Shown here in pieces: positions 1 to 11,300 of a stretch of DNA of 64,000 nucleotides (its first letter is position 1; every line of letters begins with the position of its first letter). The notes below the pieces were generated by a model. The model was not told where the DNA came from. It saw only the letters and a program-made list of their open reading frames with translations, and did not search any database. The stretch is from NCBI GenBank assembly GCA_002633005.1, contig NMRA01000573.1, positions 189,316 through 253,315 on the forward strand, in the 5' to 3' direction. The position numbers were made by a program, and so were the translations under genes. The DNA is from Phoronis australis. Taxonomy: Eukaryota; Animalia; Phoronida.

Positions 1-179
1 TACACAAATTATGAAACATCCCGAAAAAGCTGTTATTATTTTTTTCTTCGTGCATTATTCTGGAGACGCCATTGTTGTCAACTGCACACTGAGTCTGTGG
101 TCAATAATAGTGGATATAAAACCATTATTTATCTACAATATTCTAACTTAGAAGACGTGGTGTGTTTATTTTGCATTGC

Positions 180-391
180 AAAACTGGCTCAACCTGCTCT
201 TTACGGAGAGTCGAAGTGATTTCTGAAGGAACTGTTCGTTATTGTTTGCGTACGTCCATGCTTGGCACAGAAAGTGGCCAGCCGGGTCAAGCCAACTTGC
301 TCAGCTTAGCATCGAATAAAAACTAACTGTCAGATATTACCTATCCCCGAAATCACTTCTACACTGAGTAATAACAAGCTGAGGCCAGTTT
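180..391. repeat. Imperfect foldback element
   Basis: aaaactggc...gaagtgatttc pairs with gaaatcacttc...gccagtttt. Confidence 0.55.
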
Positions 392-3300
392 TATTCGGAT
401 GAGCCGTTGAAATCAAAAGCCATTTTTTGGCAAAAAGCGGGTTTATTTCAGTGTTAAAGATTCAATGTCGGTATAATCACTTGGTTCACGTATCCATCAC
501 GACGATTAACAGTTTTACAACTAAATGTTTAAAATTTGTTCAAAGTGAAGAAGGAATCACGGAAGGTGCGCGCGCGTTCGACTTTGTTACTTAGTAAACT
601 GCAAATGGGTAATACGGTACTCGTTTTTCTTTTCGGCCTGGACAAAGTGTAAAGCGTTTATGTAGGATATTCTAGGAAAATATTCAATTTTGGCCAACTT
701 TAGAACATCGTGTCTCATCATGAACGGCATAACATGAGACTTTCACACATTATACTTTACGCATTGTTCTCTAAAGGAATTTTTAGGAACTGTTTTTTAA
801 AATGTTCCGCTTTTGCGAGAAGCATTATCAAAAACAGGACATGTGCAAGCTTGTGAAAAAAATAAAGTTTCATAAAACGAAAACGAAAGCTGTAACAGCG
901 TTTTTGAGATTTATCTGGAACATTTAAATTTGATCCTGTTGTTTTGCTGTGAATGTACCTATCTTTTTAACTAAAGACACCTGGTCACGTAAGCTTATTA
1001 ACATCAGATTAGTGTCCGGTCAACAAACAAATTCTACGGAATTCCTGCTTTCAGAAAACACTTTTGCTGAGTTAAAGTCTACAGTTGTGTAGATATTTGA
1101 CTAAACGTGCAGACGTCTCAAAAAGATGCTACACCGCCTCAAGTGGATATTAAAGTGCTCGTGATTGGATGCAGCATTATTTGCATTTTCTATTCTGATT
1201 AGTTCTGTTCTTCACGAACACGCGCTCTCGTTCAAAAACCTCGCGAATCAGCACTTTACACTTTTAATGATATCAACCATTTGATTGGGTTGAAATTGAA
1301 ACGTTCATTGACGTTAATGATGCGACGTAATTTGTTTTTCCAAAAAAAAAAAACGCCACTCTCCTTAAGCTTGCCCTATGTTCTCATTTACTGGACCTCT
1401 TGAAACTGTTGTGGTTTCGGCTCTGGAAAAACTGAGTCATCGCAATCCCCAAAATAGTCAAAACCTGTTGCAATTTCTATACGAATTCATAAGTAAAGTA
1501 ACGCACAATCAACACATTTTTAAGCTATGATAACAATTATGAACTAGTTTATGCTTACCGAGCCGTACAGGTATTTCCGATAACTTTTGACCAGCAGTCT
1601 GTAACATTGTTTGCAATTATAAGAGAAAGTATGGTATACACGGTGACTCACAGTGGCCATAGCGCTTGGCATTGTCCCATGGAGTGGGGGAAAATCCAAG
1701 TTTCGGTAGTCGTATTTCTAAGAAATAATAACCAGATTATGACTCAAAAGTTATAAATGCGACCCTGGATTTTGAAGAATTAGAATCGCGTTCTTTCTTC
1801 GGCCGCGAATGAAGAAGTTTTTCAAACAACCTTTCAGTACTGGTTCATTTTTCTCGATTTCAATGAAGAGTTTTACATTTACTTTTGCCAAAATGCAACT
1901 ATCAAACAAAAATAGGCATCTTTCAAGCCGGGGTGTATTTTATCTTTTTCTGTACATTCAATCTCGGCGCGCATGAAACAAATCAATAAATAAAAAATTA
2001 AAAGGTGAATAAAGCAATGCACGTGAAATTGCAGAGAATGTAAAATCCCAATGATTTGATATTCATAATATGAATAGAGGATTCCACTGAATTAATATTA
2101 CAATGAATGTCTGTCGACAACGAAGTTCAAGGTGCGATAGGCCCGCTTTCCGGATTGAGTTACGCGTAGCGTTATACACAACTGGGCTGAGTTGCATAAA
2201 GCTTCAAAAGTTATACGCTGGATAAATTGTTGCATGACGTCAGGTGCATTGTTCAACAATAACAACGTGATGCGTGATAATGCGACTTCATTGTTGCTAT
2301 ACGGCGTATAGCTTTTACGCAACTGGGCCCAGGTTGCTTGCTCAAATCATAAGAGAGTTCTGACCTGTGTGCTTGAGTCATCATTTTAGCACCAGGACGA
2401 GTAGAACGTGAAGTAAACAAATGCTGAAATACATTGGCATTCACTAGTGGTTGTATTGTTTGCCATTTCTATGCAACACAATAGTTTGCGTATTTCCTAC
2501 ATTCTTTCAATGTGTTTCGGTATTTATACACTTGGCATATATCAACATTCGTCACCAGTTAACCTGGGCGAAAGTAAAACTTTCACAAGAATGAAAACCA
2601 TACGAGATTTGAGTTAATTTTTCCGTAACTATGAAATTATGTCGTTACTGATCGAACTCTAACCTCCACACTACGGTTATTCGAAGGAACTGCAACAGTT
2701 TTGTGTTGTAAATATTGAGCCAGCAATGCTCTAGTGGTAGATTTTCTTTGAGATGAGTGAAATTTCTACATACAGCGAGTTAGGCAACTTGAAATATTTT
2801 TTTTCCGTTTGCAATCGATTGTCATTCAATGGCGCTATATAGGTTAAAAATTATCTGAGAAGGCATCAAATATAATATCTTTGCAGAAATTTTAAATACA
2901 TTTTGTTTTTCAGAAAATTGTGAAAGACTAATCAAAAGTTAATTATATAATTGTTAAAAATAGTAAAAAATCTCAGAATCAATAAAGCCATCCTCCGACA
3001 TACGAGTTAACAAACTATGAAATCAAATGTGAACAGGTATTTCCGTAAAAGGTTGACAAACGAAGAAAAGTTGAATCGCTTTCAGTTGAGTCATGCCCTG
3101 GAAGTACGTACAAAAACTTGATTATTTCATTGACTGACTGGAAATACCTGCGGTGTCGATACATGTTTTCAAAACAAAAATCCCTAGGTAATAATACTGT
3201 ATGCAGGGAATACCTGGTTTCAAGTGGACGTCATTGTGAAGCAGAGCCTATGGCGCTGTGCGAATTAAGAATTTAGAAAACAATGCATCGTATCATCAGA

Positions 3301-3932
3301 AGACACTGGTTTCCGTTTGTGTCTGCGTAATTTATGTATCTATATTGTATGGCTACTTTCTGGTAATTGTATCAGACTGGACTTGTATATTATGAATATC
3401 TCACAGCTGAGAAATACTAAACTCTTAAAAATTCCGAAACCTAGATACTACAACTACCTTCCAACTATGGGGTTGATGCTAACGATTTTTAAATTGAAAT
3501 TGGATAATTAAAATGTTGTTTCGCTCTGTTAAGAAACTCACTTACACAGAATAAAGCATAATGTGACAAAAGAGCTAACAGCATTACAGAATACCAAATA
3601 CATCAATAAACATTTGCGTTAGGTCTTTACGATGACGATTTATTTCGAGAGTGTTGGAGAGAAAATTATTCAAACAAGAGGAAACTAAAATGTGACAGAA
3701 TAAAAAAATCGACCATTACTGAAAAAGAGACGATAAAGATTATGAAACGGGTGGACGATCTAGAATATCACGAAACACGGGGACCACAGCGTGCTTAAAA
3801 TAAAACACGAAAAATCTGGGCATGCTTGCAGGCGGTCCTAATCTCAAATCACAGACATCCTATGTCTAAAAATATCATCCACTGCATCCATAAGTTTGTC
3901 CTGGATTCTGTCTCATGAAAGTGACTATAAAG

Positions 3933-4110
3933 TATTTCTAGGGTGTAATGCGTTTATAATTACTTGGCTTCATTCTTTATAAGCAATTGCGGGTAAGATA
4001 GAATTTCTGTCTTAAGTCATCAATAACAGAAATTTAGTCTAACGTTCCCGTTTAACAATTACTGAAAAAACATTTGGCCAAGTATTTATAAACGCATCAT
4101 CACCTAAATA
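3933..4110. repeat. Foldback or palindromic MITE-like element
   Basis: tatttctagggtgtaatgcgtttataattacttggc pairs with gccaagtatttataaacgcatcatcacctaaata; an inner gaatttctgt/acagaaattt pair is also present. Confidence 0.65.
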
Positions 4111-5355
4111 ATAATTAATAGAAATTATTTCAGCAATAAACAGTTATCTGTAAATTCTCAGGGCCTCTGCACTTTTGCTCAACTGAGATTTAATTATTTA
4201 TTAGGAATGGTAGTGTAGAGTGTAAGCCCCAACTTAAGTTTTAAGATAATTTTTATAAAGCAGGCACCTGATTGCGTTCCGTTAAATTATTTCGAGATTT
4301 AGGAAAGGATACGCTGAATCAACCACGAGAGTGGTAAGGCGACACTCAAGTTTTTTGTTTTTTTTTGAACCACGGTTGAATTTGCCCTCCTAGTTGGCTG
4401 GGCATTTTAAATCTCGTGAAGTATGTGAAGGCTACAAATGACATTTATACGATTTTTGAGTCGTTTCTGGATGAAATATTGCCAGTTGTTGATCCCTGGA
4501 TACATTTTTCCACAGACGTGATTGAAAAAAATAGGAGTTGAAACTTAGCATGAAATTCAAGAACTTTTCAGTAACTTTGTAAAAATCTATCTGGTTGGCC
4601 ACTACTTTTCGCTTCATTTCTGTAATCCGAAGAGTTTTGAGTAACTCTGAATGCACCTTTTTGTCAGTTCTTAGTGGTTGCTTTGGGGGTGAATAATGCC
4701 AATTTGGTGTACTTTTGATCGTTTTGAAGTAGCCGGCTGCACTTTCGGTAGTCGTAGAAGATGGTAAGTTTTGACTATGCAATCAGTTTCAATAGACTTT
4801 GTACAAGGTTTCTGAAGTCTTTGGCCCAGTGTACTCTTCATATTTTTAGGTTTTGTACACGCTTTGGAACAGACTTCTGGAGCTGCCAAGTGCTGTTTTT
4901 TATCAAGCCTTAGCAAGTGTGGTGAGTAAGGTAGCGTTCTAACTAGCATATCTTAGAAACAAAATGGTCGCCACTGATATGATTGGACAACGAGGGCGAA
5001 TTGTTGAATTATGGTTTCATACGCCAAGATTCCTTAGCCGCAAGAGATCCACAAGCATACGTTACAGAGCGCACCTCTGGTTACACGAGAAAACCTCTTG
5101 GTCACATGACCAAACGTTACGGCGTAGACAAGTTTAAAAACTGGAGTTAGCTATTGTTGGTCCGTCTCCAAACAATAGCTAATTTTGCGGTAGACGTTTT
5201 TCGTATAAGATTGGCAAAAACTGCCAACAAATATCTAACAATCATCACAAGTTAATTTTTTCCATGAGAAAAATGAATGAGCTATTCTTCAATACTTGTA
5301 ATACATATTGAAATTCAATGGAGCTTGTTTTTCTGCATTACAGGTCTGAACAACG

Positions 5356-8300
5356 ATGCAGCAGAGAGGTAGAATACAACGCTTTGCACTGTTGTGGGCG
5401 TTACTTCTGATTTTACAGCAGTTTGACGTCGTTCTTCTCATGAACGTTGCCCAGTTATCAGGGCATCGAACAATTAAAAATGAGCAGCCGAGATGGAAAC
5501 AGAGCAGTAGGGATCTTCCATCAGTACCTAATGTTTTCCAAAATCCAAAGCGTTCAGGTGAAGGTGAAGCGCATGACGTAGCAACGACGTTACAGAAAAG
5601 CGCAACGACAGAGCTGTTCAAAGGAAATGCGACAGAGGGAGTAGAAGAGCTGAAGTTTTCACCACGTGCTCAGGCTAAGCGTGACAAGCGCTCAATTGGG
5701 GAAGACATAAACAGAGTGATTGAAGCTATCAAAACGAGTGTAGAGACAATGGACAACAGGGACACTTTTGCAAGGAACGTGTCGACATGGCTGAGGTCTT
5801 GCCATTCACACAGAGATCAGAATATTCATTTCTGGAGAAAACACGTGGCTCTGTATCCGTTCTTCCTCGTGACGTTGTCAATAGCGCTGTACGTAAGAGG
5901 CTGTCGGGAAGAATTGAAAAACCACTTGCAAGAACTCCTTGACATACTTGATGCAAACGACGTGATCGATTTCGTTGAGGACTTCAATATTTTGCGAGTA
6001 AAAGACCTGATGAGCGGCTCGTCAGAGAGAGATTTCATGCACGACGCTGACACGCCTGAAGCTATGATTAATGCAGAAAGTGAAGAGATCGTGGTTGAAA
6101 ATTTCAAAAACATCAAACAACTCTCTGAAATCTTTGATGATTTTAACGGTAGGAGTCGCAGAAGTCATTATGGGTTGCAACCTGCTCTCGATGACATCAT
6201 TACTCAATACGAAGTACTTAAATCCATGTATAGCCACGAAGAGAATGACAGAACAAAACGAAATACCGGCAATCGAAAACCAGAAAACTCGTTGACAATA
6301 GACCGAGAGGTACTCGCGAAAATCTTGGACAAAAGGTTTGTCCAAGATTCTGATCATATTTTATCTAGCTCAATCACCCGTCATGCCTTTAAGTCAATCA
6401 ATGACAGACTGTATTCTCAGATTTTGCCACAGACCAATCCTCTACACAGACAACGACGAGCAGCAGATATGGACGACGAAACAGCCAGACCATTTTTTAT
6501 TAAAAACTCTGCATTTCCATGTAAATTATTAACAGCTAAAATGTCTGGTGGACAGTATGTCATGTCCATGGAATCCTACAGCGAAGAAGCGTTACAATTG
6601 TGGGTTTGGGAAAATGGTCATCTTCGAAACTTTGGTAATAAATTGTACGCTAACCTTGAGTCTCAGCTACTGTCTGATTCTGCACCCAGAACTCTACTCC
6701 GAAAACTCAACGACTGGCTTGCTGTCGACGGAAGAGAGAACAGTGGCTGTTATGTCGAAGTTAAGGTTGCAGGTTTTAGTGTAGAATTGCGAAAAAATTG
6801 TCAAGGAACTTCACAGAAGTGGCACTTTGTACAGATTGAGAAGGCGAGGGAAAGTTTTGACAGTGTTGTTTGCCTGTTTGTCATCCAAAACCGTGATTCC
6901 TGTCTAGTTCTAGAACATAGGCAAGAACATCTCAGATCGCGACCTGTACCACGCCAGGTTCATACACAGCAACTGTGGTACTGGGACCATCACCGCATCC
7001 GAAACGCATATTCACATATGTACCTTGCCTCCAATGGCAGTGAAATGTTTTTGACGGACTCAAAGCAGCAGGCGTGGTCCTACAAGGAATGGCCAGTCGA
7101 TGACGTTACAAAGGTAACCTTTCCTGGAATCAGTCACGCAACCTCGCAGGCCAATGACAACATAGCTAAAGGGGATTGGGATTTGACTGACGCTGGTGAT
7201 GATGAGAAAATGCGCTGCGGAAGGAAACACTATTATGTTCTAAAAAATACCGAAAAACCTTGCAATGTTCTGTGTGTCGAGGAAACCGACAACGGGCCAT
7301 ACTTGTCCGTACCTGCGTCAGTTGGAATTCTCAGTTTCATGGTAGTAACGGTATTTGCATTATCTGTTGCTGGAGTGTACCATCAAAGGCAGGGCAAACA
7401 GACTCCAGCCAAATTGTTTTTCATAGCCGCAGCTGCTGTTGGACTGGTTACATCCGTTTGTGTAACATGTGCTGCAGTTGTTCGCAAAGTAGTGAAACTT
7501 ATTAAGTTTGATTATTTCGACCCGGAAAATCCACTGAACTGTTTGTGGTACTCACAGAAAGAGAAACTAGTCAACGTTAGACACGGCAGCGATCTTAACA
7601 CAAACAGCAGTGAAGTGGAACTTACCATGAACCAAGGAATGCTTAAACAACTTGGAAAAGAAAATTGTTATCTACATGTGGCCGGTGAGCAGAGTATTTC
7701 ATGCCAAAATGAACCAACGAACTCCTCATGGGGTCTTGTGGATTATGATGACAATGAGTTTTCGGCGAAGATTTTCTGCCTGTATGTTTTGCCTCAGAAT
7801 AAGCCGAGGTGTGAGGACATGAGACGATACCGGCAAACGACTAGTGGTCATGGCGTGGCACATGACAAGCAAACGGATGACGACCATGATGTATTGGAAC
7901 AAAAACTGTGGTATTTTCATGGGGATAACTTGGTAAATCTGGACTCTGGGGACGTTTTCAATGGTAGCGTATCAGAACAGTCACCCATAAACTTCATCAA
8001 TTACACGCAAAATTGTTCAACGTCTCTTTCGTTATTCTTTATTCAAACCAAAGCAGCAAATCGTAGAATTCTAGGATTTGACAGATCAGAAGGTAATGTG
8101 AGCTTCCAGACTTACAACGACGACAATGTATTGGATAAACTTTGGTATATCAAAGGAAGTCACATTTTTAACTACGCCACCGGATATAAGCTGATGTTTA
8201 ACGTCTCCTCGACCAATAGAACGGTCTTTTTAACTCACCGAGCTCAATCAGACGAAATGGAATGGTACGCAAAAGATAACAGAATAACTGTTGCCACTGT

Positions 8301-11300
8301 AAATGAAACGTTTTCCATCATGGCGGAGACGGTGAATTCAGAGAATCGCTTAGTAGCAAAGAATGCGTTGTCTAACATTGGCCAAGCAAACGCGCATTGG
8401 ACATTCGTTCCATTTCATGACCTTCGTGAATATATACATGAGTTAATGATTTTCTATTTCATTCAGTCACATGATGAACCGTGTGAAGTTCTGACAGCCG
8501 ACAATTCTACGGAAATGGTGTTCACGGCTCCAGTCTCGGACACAAAGCTGTATAGTCAACTATGGTTTACATACAAGGGAGAAATCCTAAATGTAGGCAA
8601 TGGGTTGTCACTAAGTTATGGCGCACATATCTCTGAGCAAGTGAAACTTGTCTCGAATGACCAAACTACTTTCGGCACGAAGTGGACCATTCATGGGAGC
8701 ACCATCCAGCCAACTCTTCTCAGTGACAAAGTACTGTCGATCAACACAAACACTGGACTGGTAGAGATAAAAAATAACAGTTACTTGGCAACGCAAAAAT
8801 GGAAGATGCTTGAATTTAGTCAAGCCATTGATCAACCGGAGTCTCTTGCATGTTTTAAATACGATCTAAATGACTCCGTGTTTATCAAACATGAAAGCAT
8901 TCCATGCAAAGTTCTTACTGCATCAGACGACGGATTGTCGATTACTTTCCAAGAGTTTGAAGAGTCCATTGTTGCTCGGCAACTATGGTACTTCAAGTAT
9001 GGCCATTTAGTAAACGTTGAGTTTGGAAGGTCTATGAAAGTTAACGACGAAGCAGTGTCTTTGGTAGAGACTAGAAAGTATGATTCTCAGCAATACCTTA
9101 ATAGAAATGGGACATCGGTGGTCAAGGCGTTGAACGGAAGAACAATTTGTTCCATGTGGCCTGCAAAATCCGACGATGGCTCGTCTTTAACGTGTAAAAA
9201 CAACAAGTTCTCTGCCATGAAGTGGTCGTTCGTCCAATTAGACGATGGATTACATGACATAGGATCTATCCGCTGCTTGATATTAATACAGAGTCAGGTT
9301 ACGCCGTGTGAGTTCATAACAGGATATGTCAGTGATGAAAAATACGGTACTTTGAAATTACGGCCAATGATAGATGACCTCGTTGATACTCAGATTTTCT
9401 ACTGGAGGAATTACAGCTTAGTTCACTTGAAGAGCAGTTTAGTAGTGTCCGAATCTCCCGGCGCTTTAACTTTGCAACAGTCTTCACACTCACGCAGCAA
9501 GTTTGTCTACGAGCCATTTCTTCACCACATTATTTTTGCAAACTCTAATAAGGCAGTAGCATTTAATCCTAATAACGACGGTGTTTTAGTTAAAGAAGAC
9601 ATTAGATACATCTCAAAGCAAAAGTGGTCTTTCATTGAGCTGAACGATGCCATGCATGAAAAGGTAGAAAACTGTCCCGAGCGTTCACAACCATCCAGGT
9701 ATTTCTTCATCAAGCATCGAGATCAACCGTGTTTGGTTCTCACTGGAGCTAATCAGGGTGAATCACCAGAATTCAAAATATTCAACCAGGACAATTTCTA
9801 TGACCAAGTGTGGTACGTTCATAACAATCAGATTGTAAATGCAGGCAAAGATCTTGCCATAATGTTGGGTGATGTTCTTAATGAAAACTCGCGCCAAGTG
9901 ATAATGTGGCACAGGTACGCCTATTCATTACGTCAGCGTTTTATTTTAACGACCACTCAGTCATCGTCGATTCAGAGCCAAATGGATATGAGCTGCTATC
10001 TTTCTAGCGACGATTTTGGCACAGGGTCGACCGCTAATGCTGTTTGCAGGGGAAAAGGTTCTTCAAACTGGAATTTCGTGGACATAAACGATGATTACAT
10101 TCAAAAAGTAACATGTAGATTCTTCATTCAGTCAGAGGAGGTGCCGCCATGTGAACTATTGACTGGGCAAGGAATAGACAGGCAAGTTCGTCTCCGGCCT
10201 CTTGATACTGACGATGTGGAAAGTCAGTTGTGGTATTGGGATGGTGATCGAATTTTGAACGCGAAAACTAAGATGGCAATTTCAGATTACGGCAATACAA
10301 TCACTCTCCGACGTAAGGACGAATCCTTGACACAAACGTGGTTGTATGAGAATACAAGAGTTAAATCCAGAACTAATCCAAACCAGGTAATAACGTTCTC
10401 TCATGATTCTGGCAGTGTCTATCTATCCCCTCTGTCTAGATGGAACCACGTTCTTAAATACCAGAGTTGGATTTTTTTGAGAGAAAAGGATGGCTTTGAC
10501 AATCCAGATCGGCTTCGCTGTATTTCGTCGAATTCGAACCCAGACATGTATATTATAAGAAGCGAGCATAAGGAGTGTCCCTTACTAAAACATGTGGGAA
10601 ACGATCGTCCAGGTGTTCGAAAACTACAAAAGAACGTTGACGCCGGAGTACTTTGGGTTGTTCAAAATGACCATCTTATCAACGTGGAGGCAAAGAAGAG
10701 TTTGATGGCCACTCGTACATCGACATTACAATTTGAGAACACGTATACTCACGAGCCTCGCCAACATTGGGAAATGGACAACGATAGAATAAAAAGTTGG
10801 CTCCATGGTCCACAATTCCTTGAAGTTTCTGGCAGTTCTGTAAAGTTGGCCAGTCACCAGGAGACAACGAAACAAGAATGGCAATGGTTCACATTGAAGG
10901 AATATGAAAACGATAATAAGTTGATGCGCTGCTCGCGGTGTTATAACAAGCAGGAAGAAACAGCGTCAGAGGTAATAGGATATATTCCTATTTTCGGTTG
11001 GCTATATAATCTGTTTCGGTCCGTTGCCTACGCTGCCAAACAATGCCCGGATGTGGCTTTAACGGCATTCATGGATTTCGGTCTGGATATTGCCTTTGAC
11101 CTTGTATCATTACTTAGCGGCGGTACGGCTTCTGCTTTGGCGTATGGTTTAAAAACTGGACTGAAATTCGGAATAAAGGCAGGGTTGAAGGCAACCTTTC
11201 ATGCTGTGAAAGGAATGGTAAAAATGTCAATTGTAGCTGCTAAGAACGGCTTTAAGAACTTAGCGAAAAATGGATTGAGGCAAACTTTAAAATTTAAGCT

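Noticed and set aside
2098-4949. Short ORFs upstream of the giant gene, and antisense ORFs inside it
   Set aside because: No recognisable motifs and mostly non-ATG starts; consistent with chance or shadow ORFs.
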